Source of the DNA: Clostridia bacterium
Lineage (GTDB): Bacteria > Bacillota > Clostridia > Christensenellales > Aristaeellaceae
NCBI GenBank assembly: GCA_017509255.1
Contig: JAFWQA010000004.1
Coordinates: 3,049 to 67,048 of the forward strand
Length of the DNA: 64,000 bases
Direction of reading: 5' to 3'
The position numbers and the translations under genes are program-made. Below the pieces are notes generated by a model. The model saw only the letters and a list, made by a program, of their open reading frames with translations, ran no database searches and was not told the DNA's origin. This document shows, one piece after another, positions 39,401 through 48,406 of this stretch. Positions within the stretch are counted from its first letter, which is position 1; the number at the start of each line of letters is the position of its first letter.

Positions 39401-40893
39401 CCTTCCGTCAGCTTGACCGCGCCGATCTCAATGATCCGCGCGCCGGCGGTGTTCAGGCCCGTGCTTTCAAAGTCCAGCACCACGATCGGCCCGTTATATG
39501 GGCGGTCGTCCGCGCGCTCGGTAATATCCCGCTCATCTATCAGATAGCCCTCGCAGCCCGGGATCAGCTTGATCCTTCCCTTGGCGGACCGGAAAGCCGC
39601 CGGGAAGGACTGCAGCACACCGTGGTCCGTGACCGCGACGGCCGGATGCCCCCACCTGACCGCGCGGTCGATCAGGTCCGTCACCGGCGTCAGCGCGTCC
39701 ATCGTGGACATGTTGGTGTGCATATGCAGCTCGACCCGCTTTTCCTCCGCCAGGTCCTCCCGCTCCTGCTTCTCCATTTCGATCATGTCCCGTACGGTTA
39801 CGGACAGTTCTCTCGCGAAGCTGTCGTACAGGCACTCGCCGCGGAGCTTGACGTTCATTCCGTTACGGATCCGCTTCAGTTTTTCGGCAACAGCCTGTTT
39901 CTCCTCCTCGGTCACAGGGGGCTGTTCCCCCTCCTCCGCCTTGCGGGAAAAGCGCGGGCGGTACCGGAAAAAGTATTTGCAGAGAACGGAGCTTGTATAA
40001 TCGGTCACGCCGAAGGTCAGCAGCACCATTTCGCCGCCCCTGAGCTCCTTGGTCTCCATTTTGAATATATCGCCCTGGATGACCGTCATGCCGGTCTCGC
40101 TTGTCAGCTCCCTGATCTCGACCGGCCTGTCCGCAATGGCGCGGCCGAGGATCGGCCTGCCCACGGAAAGCTCCGGCATCTCCGGGATCGGTATGCCGCC
40201 CTCCGTCACCGGCTCCTTCTTCTGTTCCTCCGCCTTTTCCTTTTTTTCCGCCGTACGGGTTTTCCTCGGCTCCGCCGGTTTCTTTGCCGCCGGGGCTTCA
40301 GGCTTTGACGGCTCCTCCGCCGCCGTGCCGTAGCGCTCCGCCATTTCCGCGCGGGTGATCAGCCGCCGGGACTCTTCCCGGTCCTTCCTCATCTGCGCCA
40401 GCCGGGCCTCCCGGTCACCGGATACCGTCAGCTCGACCTGCACGTCCGCGTCAAAGATCTCCTTCACAGCCCTGCTCAGGCGCGCCGCAAGATTTCTCTC
40501 CGTCATAAAGCGAAGAGCGAACTCATCCGGGACCGTCAGTGTGATCAGGTCCTTCTTCACCTGCCAGTCCATGCTTTTCAGCCAGCCGATGCTTCCGGGA
40601 TAATTCCGCTTCATGAAATCCAGCAGCACCTGGCGGTAGGAAGAGATGTCCGCCAGGAACGATTCCCGCAGGGACGGGGAAACCACGCGCACCGCCAGCT
40701 CATGGCCCGGAAAAATCTCCCGGAGGATCCTCTCCAGTTTCAGGAATTCCTTTTCTCCGGCCAGAACGGTGCTCTCAAAGGTGATATAGGTCTTTTTCTG
40801 AGATTTGACATAAGTGACCCGCGGAGAGCCCAGCTTGCCCGCCAGAACCGGGATCTCCCGGGCAATGCGTCCCATCAGATCCTCATAGCTCAT
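36433..40893 (-). CDS. polC: DNA polymerase III PolC-type alpha subunit
   Basis: PHP domain ELHMHT, embedded exonuclease LDFESTG/AHN/HRAVHD, GSRGSVGSS, KVPDIDLNFSG and KIKYMFPKGHA. Confidence 0.98.
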   Translation of the reverse strand: MSYEDLMGRIAREIPVLAGKLGSPRVTYVKSQKKTYITFESTVLAGEKEFLKLERILREIFPGHELAVRVVSPSLRESFLADISSYRQVLLDFMKRNYPGSIGWLKSMDWQVKKDLITLTVPDEFALRFMTERNLAARLSRAVKEIFDADVQVELTVSGDREARLAQMRKDREESRRLITRAEMAERYGTAAEEPSKPEAPAAKKPAEPRKTRTAEKKEKAEEQKKEPVTEGGIPIPEMPELSVGRPILGRAIADRPVEIRELTSETGMTVIQGDIFKMETKELRGGEMVLLTFGVTDYTSSVLCKYFFRYRPRFSRKAEEGEQPPVTEEEKQAVAEKLKRIRNGMNVKLRGECLYDSFARELSVTVRDMIEMEKQEREDLAEEKRVELHMHTNMSTMDALTPVTDLIDRAVRWGHPAVAVTDHGVLQSFPAAFRSAKGRIKLIPGCEGYLIDERDITERADDRPYNGPIVVLDFESTGLNTAGARIIEIGAVKLTEGTVVDQFEEMVDPGEPLPPKISELTGITDAALAGKPKAAEMLPKLMEFIGDCPIAAHNSSFDASLLRSELKRLGMSFSNPVMDTLTYARKLYPDQKTFRLGALCKKLGVSLKNAHRAVHDATATAHVLQKMFEETAERYPDIKTYTDLNKKLRGGAIGESWHIILLAKNRTGLVNLNKLVTISHLEYFHRTPHMPRQKIEQYREGLILGSACEAGELFKAVLADEPEEKLEEIASFYDYLEIQPTGNNAFLLREGYVKSEEDLRELNRRIVRLGEKLNKPVVATGDVHFLDPKDAVGRAIIQAGLGHSDADNQPPLYFKTTDEMLEEFAYLGPEKAKEVVIDNPRRIADSVEAINLFPKHPKGEDTFQPYWDDAEDNIQDMTWSEAEEMYGSPLPEIVEARLKKELKSIVGYGYCTLYNIAQKLVSKSLEDGYLVGSRGSVGSSLVARMCGITEVNALPPHYRCTRCHKGYFDVDKTKYHVGVDLPDRNCPDCGRPLTKDGFDIPFEVFLGFEGDKVPDIDLNFSGEYQNRAHHYVEELFGKDHVFRAGTISGLADKTAFGYASKYLEERGIQAGNTEKDRLALECTGVKRTTGQHPGGMVVVPKEYDISEFTAVQHPADDLESDFTTTHFDFNSMHDILVKLDCLGHDDPTMMHVLEELTGINFRDVPLDDPGVRSLFTSPEALGVTSDDILCNTGTYGVPEFGTGFVRGMLDETRPSTMEELLRISGLSHGTDVWLDNAQSLIASGTATLSECVCCRDDIMNYLIDKGVKPKLAFTTMESVRKGKGLKSDMQQAMEENNVPEWFMDSCRKIKYMFPKGHAVAYVTMSLRVAWFKLHEPLAYYCAYFTVRGDGFDASTMILSPDACRARLREIRNMEKASARDKDIATCLELVLEMNMRGIRFLPVDLYKSDIKRFLIEDGNIRCPFISLPGLGESAAVPIVEARKEAPFLSIEDLAVRGKAGSSVIDLLRAHGALAGLSETSQISMF

Positions 40894-41936
40894 TTGCTCT
40901 CAGCGATCTCCCTTGCCTTATCGATCAGGATCCTTGCCAGATCCCCTTCCACGCGGACCGGCGCCTGCCCGCGGACGAAGAGCGCTCCCCCCGTTTTTCC
41001 GCCGGCGATCCCGACGTCCGCCTCCCGGCCCTCGCCGGGGCCGTTGACAACGCAGCCCATGACCGCCACCTTCAGCGGAACCGTGATATCGCTCAGCTCC
41101 CGCTCCACCTGCTCCGCGATTTTCGCCACGGGGATGCAGGTCCTGCCGCAGGTCGGGCACGCGATCAGCTGGACGCCCCGGATCCTCAGCTCCAGCGCGC
41201 GGAGAATATCCCAGGCCGCTTTCGCTTCCGGAAGCGGATCCCCGCTCAGGCTGACCCGGACCGTATCCCCGATGCCGTCCAGCAGCAGCGCGCCGATACC
41301 GATGGCGCTTTTCACCGTTCCCTGCCCCGGAAGCCCGGCCTCCGTAACGCCCACATGCAGGGGATAATCGCAGCGCACATGCGCAAGGCGGTAGGCTGCC
41401 ACCGTCTGGCGGACATCGCTGCTTTTCATGCTCAGCACGATGTCCTCAAAGCCAGCCTTCTCCAGCAGGCGCGCATGGCCCAGCGCGCTTTCCACCAGGC
41501 ATTCCGGCGTGGGGCCGCCGTATTTCTCCAGCAGATCCTTCTCCGCCGACCCGCTGTTTACTCCGATCCGGATCGGGATATGATGCGCCTTCGCGCAGTC
41601 CGCCAGCACGCGCACGTTTGCTTCTCCGCCGATATTTCCGGGATTGATCCTCAGTTTGGCGATACCGTTCTCCGCGGCGCGGACAGCCAGCTTATGGTCA
41701 AAATGGATATCCGCCACCAGCGGCACCGGGCTTCCGTCCACCAGGGCGCGGACCGCTTCCGCGCAGGCATTGTCGTAAACACTGACACGGACCAGGTCGC
41801 AGCCGGCGTCCGCCAGCGCGCGGATCTGCGCGAGCGTGCTTTCCACATCCCGCGTATCCGTATTAGTCATGCTCTGGACCAGGACCGGATTCCCTCCGCC
41901 CAGCGGCAGGCTTCCGACCCGCACCGTTTTCGTCAT
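40890..41936 (-). CDS. ispG: HMBPP synthase
   Basis: VQSMTNT, ADIHFD, RINPGN, CPTCGR and MGCVVNGPGE motifs. Confidence 0.97.
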   Translation of the reverse strand: MTKTVRVGSLPLGGGNPVLVQSMTNTDTRDVESTLAQIRALADAGCDLVRVSVYDNACAEAVRALVDGSPVPLVADIHFDHKLAVRAAENGIAKLRINPGNIGGEANVRVLADCAKAHHIPIRIGVNSGSAEKDLLEKYGGPTPECLVESALGHARLLEKAGFEDIVLSMKSSDVRQTVAAYRLAHVRCDYPLHVGVTEAGLPGQGTVKSAIGIGALLLDGIGDTVRVSLSGDPLPEAKAAWDILRALELRIRGVQLIACPTCGRTCIPVAKIAEQVERELSDITVPLKVAVMGCVVNGPGEGREADVGIAGGKTGGALFVRGQAPVRVEGDLARILIDKAREIAESK

Positions 41937-41949
41937 ATGCTTCCGCTCC

Positions 41950-43029
41950 TTATCCGAAAAGTCTCGTCACGTCCCGGAAGGTAAAAAAGATCATTACGCC
42001 AAAGAGGAACACCATGCCGACCAGATGGACCATGGCTTCCTTTTCCGGGGGAACCGGCCTGCGGCGAACCAGCTCAATCAGGCCGAAGACCAGCCGGCTT
42101 CCGTCCAGGCCCGGGATCGGCAGCAGGTTCATCAGGCCCAGATTGATGGAGATCAGCACCAGCAGCTGAACGAACGCGCTCAGGCCGCCTGCCTTCACCT
42201 CGCTGGACACCAGGGAAATGATGCCGACCGGACCGGAGGTCTGATCCAGCCCCTCCCCTTTTGTGACCAGGTCCTTCAGGCTGTTCAGGATCGCGCCGGA
42301 CGCGGTCCAGCACAGTTCCGCGCTCTCCCTGACCGCGCCGACGAAATCCGTCGGGCGGTTTTCGATCCGGTAGATGCCGCCGACCAGGATGCCGACGCGC
42401 ATTTTCCCCTCCGACTCATCCCAGACGGGCGTCATGCTGAGCTCCAGCGTTTCCTCACCGCGCCGGACCTTCATCTGAAGCGGCTTGTCGCCTTCCTTCC
42501 AGGCCGCAATGGTGCCGGTCAGGGTCTCCACGGTCCCGTCCAGCATATTGACCCCGTTGATCTCTTCGATCACGTCTCCGGCCGCCAGCCCGGCGGAACG
42601 CGCCGGACCGGCCGCGGTGACCTCCGAGACATACGGATCCACGCCCGTAGCCGTATTGATGCCGCCGATCCAGTAAAATCCGACGGCCACCACAAAGGCC
42701 AGAACAAAGTTCATGACCGGGCCCATCAGGATCGTGAACAGGCGCTTCCAGATGTTATGGTTCGGAAAGGCGCGCGGGTCATCCTTTGTGATGCCCTTCG
42801 TGTCGTCCTCTCCGTAAAAGGCACAGTAGCCGCCCAGCGGAATCGCCCGGACGGCAAAGGTCGTTTCGTATTTTTTGCTTTTCCAGCCCAGCAGCTTCGG
42901 CCCAAAGCCGACAGAAAACTCCGATACGTCGATCTTCATCAGCCGGGCCGCGGTAAAATGGCCCAGCTCATGCACAACGATCAGGATCGCAAGTAAAAGA
43001 ACCGCCAGCAGAATAGATACCAACGTCAT
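41950..43029 (-). CDS. rseP: RIP metalloprotease RseP (M50 family, PDZ domain)
   Basis: HELGH, GFGP and NLLPIPGLDG motifs. Confidence 0.95.
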   Translation of the reverse strand: MTLVSILLAVLLLAILIVVHELGHFTAARLMKIDVSEFSVGFGPKLLGWKSKKYETTFAVRAIPLGGYCAFYGEDDTKGITKDDPRAFPNHNIWKRLFTILMGPVMNFVLAFVVAVGFYWIGGINTATGVDPYVSEVTAAGPARSAGLAAGDVIEEINGVNMLDGTVETLTGTIAAWKEGDKPLQMKVRRGEETLELSMTPVWDESEGKMRVGILVGGIYRIENRPTDFVGAVRESAELCWTASGAILNSLKDLVTKGEGLDQTSGPVGIISLVSSEVKAGGLSAFVQLLVLISINLGLMNLLPIPGLDGSRLVFGLIELVRRRPVPPEKEAMVHLVGMVFLFGVMIFFTFRDVTRLFG

Positions 43030-44165
43030 TTGTTTTGCCTCACTGTTTCTCTTGCTTTCCGGTCCGCCTCAAAGATCTCTTCAATGCAGGTTCCCGGCAG
43101 TCCCACCAGCTTCTCCAGCGCGTCATTCACCTTTTCCGTGATCTTTCCGAAGGAAATTTCCCCCCTCAGGAACGCGGCGACCGCTTCCTCATTCGCTCCG
43201 TTAAACACGGCGCAGGCCGCTCCCCCCGCTTCCAGCGCCTCCCTGGCCAGAACGAGGGCGGGAAACTTATCCGTATCCGGTTTCTCGAAGGTCAGCCTGC
43301 CGAGCGCAAAGAGATCCGGCCCGCTGACGCCGGTGGACATCCTTTTCGGATAAGACATGGCATACCCGATCGGGACCCGCATGTCCGGTATGCCCAGCTG
43401 CGCCAGCACCGCCCCGTCCTCAAATTCCACCGCGGAATGCACAATGCTTTCCGGGTGCACGACCACTTCGATCCGGTCCCCTGGCATGTCGAACAGCCAT
43501 CTGGCCTCCATGATCTCCAGGCCCTTGTTGATCATACTCGCGGAATCCACGGTAATTTTGGCGCCCATGGACCAATTCGGGTGGCGGAGCGCCTGCTCCC
43601 GGGTCGCATTCCGGATCTGCTCCTTTGTCCAGGTCCGGAACGGCCCGCCGGACGCCGTCAGCAGGATTTTAACGGGCTGATTGCCGCCCGCCGCCTGCAG
43701 GCACTGGAAGATCGCGCTGTGCTCGCTGTCCACCGGCAGGAGCGGCTTCTTCATTTTCCGGGCCAGTTCCGTCACCAGGTGGCCTCCAGTGACCAGCGCC
43801 TCCTTGTTTGCCAGCAGCACCTGACGGCCCGCGGAAAGCGCGTCCATAACGCTCTGCAGGCCCGCGATGCCGACAATGCTGACCAGCACCTGATCGGCGT
43901 CCACCTCGGCTGCCGCGGCGCGCAGCGCTTCCTTTCCGGTCATCCAGCGGCAGAAGCGCAGATCTTCGGGGATCTCCTCCGGACCGATCGGTTCCGTCAG
44001 GCCGGCCATTTCCGGCCGGAAGGCGCGCACCTGCTCAAAGAGTTTTTCCCGGCTGGACCGTGCTGTCAGCGCAACGACCCTGTATTCCTCAGGATGCCGC
44101 GCGCAGATGTCCAGCGCCTGTGACCCGATGGATCCCGTGGATCCGAGAACGGCTATTTTTTTCAT
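43026..44165 (-). CDS. dxr: 1-deoxy-D-xylulose 5-phosphate reductoisomerase
   Basis: LGSTGSIG, LANKE, PVDSEHSAIFQ and HPNWSMG motifs. Confidence 0.97.
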   Translation of the reverse strand: MKKIAVLGSTGSIGSQALDICARHPEEYRVVALTARSSREKLFEQVRAFRPEMAGLTEPIGPEEIPEDLRFCRWMTGKEALRAAAAEVDADQVLVSIVGIAGLQSVMDALSAGRQVLLANKEALVTGGHLVTELARKMKKPLLPVDSEHSAIFQCLQAAGGNQPVKILLTASGGPFRTWTKEQIRNATREQALRHPNWSMGAKITVDSASMINKGLEIMEARWLFDMPGDRIEVVVHPESIVHSAVEFEDGAVLAQLGIPDMRVPIGYAMSYPKRMSTGVSGPDLFALGRLTFEKPDTDKFPALVLAREALEAGGAACAVFNGANEEAVAAFLRGEISFGKITEKVNDALEKLVGLPGTCIEEIFEADRKARETVRQNK

Positions 44166-44989
44166 ACGCCCCCCGTAAACATCCGGAAGCAATACACCAG
44201 CACCGCCATAAACAGTACGCTGTCCAGCCGGTCCAGCATGCCGCCGTGGCCGGGAAACAGATTGGAAAAGTCCTTGATGCCGCTGTGGCGCTTCACCAGG
44301 GACGCGAACAGGTCACCGATCTGGCCGACGGCTCCGCCGACAATGCCCAGCATCAGATACTGCCACCAGACCGGCAGCTTGGCCAGCGTTGCTTCATTGC
44401 AGGTGATCCGGGCGATCAGGCACACCGCCATCGCGGCGATCACGCTGCCCGCCAGCCCGCCGATGCTTCCCGCCACCGTCTTGTTGGGGCTGACCGCGGG
44501 ACAGAGCTTTTTACCGCCCACCGCGCTGCCGACAAACAGCGCGAACATGTCCCCCAGCAGCGGCACCGCGAAGGTCAGGCTCAGCAGGACGACCTCCACC
44601 GCCTTCTGGCTGGCCAGGCTCAGCGCCACAAGGCTCAGGCCCGGAAGGACCACGGTCAGGATCGGCATGACGCTCATGCTCAGATCCGTCAGGTCCGGAT
44701 TGGACCGGATCAGCACCATGATGACCATCAGCAGCAGCGCGACAGCCATCAGTGGAACGATCGACGCCGCAGTCCCGGCAAAATACGCCAGTGGAACGGA
44801 ACCGATCAGAACCAGCCACGCCGGCCAGGATACGACCTTATGTCCCGCCGTTGTCAGGGCATGGTACTCCTCCCACACGGCAAAGCCGATACAGATCAGC
44901 GTGGCAAGCGCCATACACCAGCCGGGCAGCCAGAGCATGCCCGCCAGAAATAAAATCAACAGGGCCCCGGTAATGATACGCTGTTTCAT
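44162..44989 (-). CDS. cdsA: Phosphatidate cytidylyltransferase
   Basis: SPNKT and KRHSGIKDFSNLFPGHGGMLDRLD motifs. Confidence 0.95.
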   Translation of the reverse strand: MKQRIITGALLILFLAGMLWLPGWCMALATLICIGFAVWEEYHALTTAGHKVVSWPAWLVLIGSVPLAYFAGTAASIVPLMAVALLLMVIMVLIRSNPDLTDLSMSVMPILTVVLPGLSLVALSLASQKAVEVVLLSLTFAVPLLGDMFALFVGSAVGGKKLCPAVSPNKTVAGSIGGLAGSVIAAMAVCLIARITCNEATLAKLPVWWQYLMLGIVGGAVGQIGDLFASLVKRHSGIKDFSNLFPGHGGMLDRLDSVLFMAVLVYCFRMFTGGV

Positions 44990-45026
44990 CCGTAAACTCC
45001 TCACAAGGTATTGTTTTCCGCCCGCT

Positions 45027-45779
45027 TCAGGTCCTGCTCCCGAACCGCCGGTCCCGGCGGGAAAAAGCCGCCAGCGCGCGGTCATAATCCGCCACGGTGA
45101 AATCCGGCCATAGCTTTTCCGGGAACAGGAACTCCGCGTACGCGTTCTGATACAGCAGGAAATTGCTAAGCCGCATTTCCCCGCTGGTGCGGATCAGCAG
45201 ATCCACGTCCGGCTGACCGGCGGTATAAAGGTGGTCGGAAACCGTCTTCTCCGTGATCTCCTCTTCCGTCAGCCGGCCGTTCTTCACCAGGGAAGCGATC
45301 TCCTTCACCGCCTTGACCAGCTCCGCCCTTCCGCCGTAATTCACGGCAATGTTCAGGCGCAGCCCCGTATTCCCGGACGTCCTTCTCTCCGCTTCCTCCA
45401 GCACTTCCCGCTGCCTGTCCGGCAGACGGCTTTTGTCTCCGAGGATCAGGATCCGCACATTTTTCCGATGCAGCTCATCGATTTCCGACGCGAAGAAATC
45501 CAGGATCAGCTGCATCAGCGCCGATACTTCTTCCGGCGGGCGGTTCCAGTTCTCCGTGGAAAACGCGTAAAGGCTCAGCGCGCCGATCCCCAGATCGTCC
45601 GTATGCCGGATGATCCCGCGCAGGTTCTCCGTTCCCTGCCGGTGCCCGCGGGATACAGAAAGCCTGTGCTTCTTCGCCCAGCGTCCGTTGCCGTCCATAA
45701 TGACAGCCACATGCCGGGGCAGGCGTTCAAAATCCTCTTTCTTTGCAGGAGCCTGTTCATTGATCTGTCTCATATTCAC
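45027..45779 (-). CDS. uppS: Undecaprenyl diphosphate synthase
   Basis: IMDGNGRWA, YAFSTENW and IRTSGEMRLSNFLLYQ motifs. Confidence 0.97.
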   Translation of the reverse strand: MNMRQINEQAPAKKEDFERLPRHVAVIMDGNGRWAKKHRLSVSRGHRQGTENLRGIIRHTDDLGIGALSLYAFSTENWNRPPEEVSALMQLILDFFASEIDELHRKNVRILILGDKSRLPDRQREVLEEAERRTSGNTGLRLNIAVNYGGRAELVKAVKEIASLVKNGRLTEEEITEKTVSDHLYTAGQPDVDLLIRTSGEMRLSNFLLYQNAYAEFLFPEKLWPDFTVADYDRALAAFSRRDRRFGSRT

Positions 45780-45851
45780 TCCAAAGGCTGTATTTGAAAA
45801 ATGCGCAGGTCTTCCTGCAGGAAGCCGCGCATTTTTCTTTCCGCGCTATCC

Positions 45852-46409
45852 TCAGACCTCCATGATCTCCTTTTCTTTGGCGGCATAGATAGCGTCCACG
45901 TCCTTGATGGCCTTGTCGGTGATCTTCTGCATGTCCTCCTCGGCCTCGTGCTGATCGTCCTCGGTGATCTCGCTGTTCTTTTTCAGCTTCTTGATCTGCT
46001 CAATGGCGTCCCGCCGGATCGAACGGATGGCGACCTTCGCCTCCTCCGCGCTCTTGCTGGCCACCTTGGTCAGCTCCTTGCGGCGTTCCTCGTTCAGTTC
46101 CGGGAAGACCAGACGGATCACCTTGCCGTCATTGCTCGGATTCAGGCCGAGGTCGCTTTTCTGGATCGCCTTCTCCACCGGCGTGATCATCTTGGGCTCC
46201 CAGGGCGCGATGACCAGCAGGCGGGGTTCCGGCGAAGAAATGTTTCCGATCTGGTTGATGGGCGTCTGCGTGCCGTAATAGTCCACCGTGATCCGGTCCA
46301 GCAGCTGCGGATTGGCGCGGCCGGCGCGGACACTTTGCATCTCGCGTTCGTAAACAGCACAGGTTTTCGACATCTTTTCCTTCGCGGTATCCAATATATC
46401 CTTCGTCAT
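45852..46409 (-). CDS. frr: Ribosome recycling factor
   Basis: RAGRANP, LNEERRKEL and RSIRRDA motifs; own TTGTCA-N17-TATAAT promoter at 46486-46458. Confidence 0.97.
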   Translation of the reverse strand: MTKDILDTAKEKMSKTCAVYEREMQSVRAGRANPQLLDRITVDYYGTQTPINQIGNISSPEPRLLVIAPWEPKMITPVEKAIQKSDLGLNPSNDGKVIRLVFPELNEERRKELTKVASKSAEEAKVAIRSIRRDAIEQIKKLKKNSEITEDDQHEAEEDMQKITDKAIKDVDAIYAAKEKEIMEV

Positions 46410-46497
46410 ATGCAGGTCCTCCTTACGGCGTTATTAACTGATAATCCTGTAAAAAATATTATACCGAAAGTTTCCGTTCTTGACAAGGAAAAAGTCA

Positions 46498-47409
46498 TCA
46501 GCTGATCAGAATCAGCGCCGTCACGATCAGGACGATACTGATCAGGATCGACAGGGAGTTGACGGCGCTTGCCAGGCCGTAATCCCCCTTCATTTCAGCC
46601 GTGAAAGCCGGCGCCGCGCTGGACACGGGACTGAGGAAAAGAATGGCCAGCGCCTGCCGGACCGGCAGAGCCAGCGGCAGGAACAGGTAGCTGCACACGG
46701 ACAGCGCAAGACCGATCCCGTAACGGGGCAGCAGGATCCTCAGCACCGTCCCGATCCGGGTACGGTCGGCGGTGAGCTCAAAGCCGACGCCCAGCATCAG
46801 CATCGCCAGAAAAGGATTGGCGTTTCCGATGATCCGTGCCAGATCCACCGCCGGCGACGGGAGCGTGATCCGGAAGATGCCAAGCAGCGTCATCACCACA
46901 TAGGCGATCAGGGGAGCCGAGTGCGCCAGCGTCCGGAGGATCGGCTTTACCGAGAAGCGATGCTCCGTATCCCGGACGGAGCGGGCGACCGAGTAAGCTC
47001 CGCCCAGGCAGATCGGGCTGTTGCCGGTATCAAAAAGGCTGACCGCCATTACGCTGGCGGGACTCAGGAAGCTCTGGGCAAAAGGAATCACAAAGTTGCC
47101 GATATTGCAGCCCGAGGAATTCAGCAGCCCGAACGCAGCCTCCTCCCGGCCCTTTCCCCGGCCCAGCAGATATCCCGTCGCCATCATGAGGATGCCGAAG
47201 CAGAAAGCCACCGGGATCAGGATCAGCGTGGAATAATCCAGCGTCTGGCCTGAAAAATTGACAACGATGCTTGCGGTCAGCGTGATGCGGATCACGATCT
47301 TGCTGATCACTTTAAAATCTTCTTTTTCAAAAAAATGGACCCGCCGGAGAAGATAACCCATCAGAATGACGGCAACAAAGCAGCCTGCCCGTTCCAGAAC
47401 CGACAGCAC
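46498..47409 (-). CDS. AEC (auxin efflux carrier-like) family transporter
   Basis: MGYLLRR, NIGNFVIP and FDTGN motifs, about 10 TM helices; GTG start after a purine-rich RBS. Confidence 0.82.
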   Translation of the reverse strand: MLSVLERAGCFVAVILMGYLLRRVHFFEKEDFKVISKIVIRITLTASIVVNFSGQTLDYSTLILIPVAFCFGILMMATGYLLGRGKGREEAAFGLLNSSGCNIGNFVIPFAQSFLSPASVMAVSLFDTGNSPICLGGAYSVARSVRDTEHRFSVKPILRTLAHSAPLIAYVVMTLLGIFRITLPSPAVDLARIIGNANPFLAMLMLGVGFELTADRTRIGTVLRILLPRYGIGLALSVCSYLFLPLALPVRQALAILFLSPVSSAAPAFTAEMKGDYGLASAVNSLSILISIVLIVTALILIS

Positions 47410-47704
47410 GGGTTCCCCGCCTCCCCTCCGGAACCGCGCGTAAGGCAGTCCCCGTTTGCGCCTATCATACCGCCGCAGGATTTGCCGGTCAAGGGAAAAG
47501 CCTGCAAAGGTGTTCCGGATCCTTCCGTTTTTTGCGCCGCCTGCTGAATCTGCCCGGAAATCTCCCGTTCCTTCCATTGTACCGAATCGCCGAAAGGAAT
47601 ATCATTTTCTTGTTAGTTTTCGCTAACATCAAGCCGGGGTTTTTCTTCTGCTGCCCTTTAGCGGCACAGGAACCGCAGGAAAAAGAAAGGAACGGGATTT
47701 CAGG

Positions 47705-48406
47705 ATGGCAGTTGTGGAATTCAAAAAGGTTTCCCGGGTATACAGGAACGGCGACCATGAGCAGTGGGCGCTGAATCATGTGGATCTGAGTCTGGAGGAA
47801 GGCCGGTTTATCGTTATCCTGGGGCCCAGCGGCGCCGGCAAAAGTACGATGCTGAACCTGCTGGGCGGACTGGACAGCCCGACGGAGGGCACGATCCTTG
47901 TTGACGGAAAGGACATCTCCACGCTGAGCGACAATGAGCTGGCGGATTACCGGGCAGCCACCGTCGGCTTTGTTTTCCAGAGCTATAACCTGATCCCCAC
48001 GCTGACGGTGCAGGAAAACGTGGCGCTGGTCAAGGAGATCGCGCCCGACCCCCTGAGCAGCCATGCCATGATCGACGCCGTCGGCCTGACAGACCACGTG
48101 CACAACTTCCCCTCCGAGCTTTCCGGAGGGGAGCAGCAGCGGGTCTCCATCGCCCGCGCCCTGGCCAAGAACCCGAAGATCCTGCTGTGCGACGAGCCCA
48201 CCGGAGCCCTTGACAGCGAAACCGGCGTCATGGTGCTCAGGCTCCTGCTTTCCATGGCCCGGGAGATGGGCAAAACCATCATTATCGTGACCCACAACCA
48301 GCAGATCGCGAAGATGGCCGATACCGTCGTCCGGGTCAAGAACGGAAAGATCGTTTCCTGTGAGGATCAGGAGGATCCGCTGACCGTGGAAGAGGTGGAG
48401 TGGTAA
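47705..48406 (+). CDS. ABC transporter ATP-binding protein (LolD/MacB-like)
   Basis: [16 protein letters not shown] and CDEPTGALD motifs. Confidence 0.93.
   Translation: MAVVEFKKVSRVYRNGDHEQWALNHVDLSLEEGRFIVILGPSGAGKSTMLNLLGGLDSPTEGTILVDGKDISTLSDNELADYRAATVGFVFQSYNLIPTLTVQENVALVKEIAPDPLSSHAMIDAVGLTDHVHNFPSELSGGEQQRVSIARALAKNPKILLCDEPTGALDSETGVMVLRLLLSMAREMGKTIIIVTHNQQIAKMADTVVRVKNGKIVSCEDQEDPLTVEEVEW

Noticed and set aside
36433-40893. Possible intein or insertion in PolC (1486 aa)
   Set aside because: The length is explained by normal PolC domains plus a Lys/Glu/Pro-rich linker; no intein splice-junction or LAGLIDADG motifs were seen.
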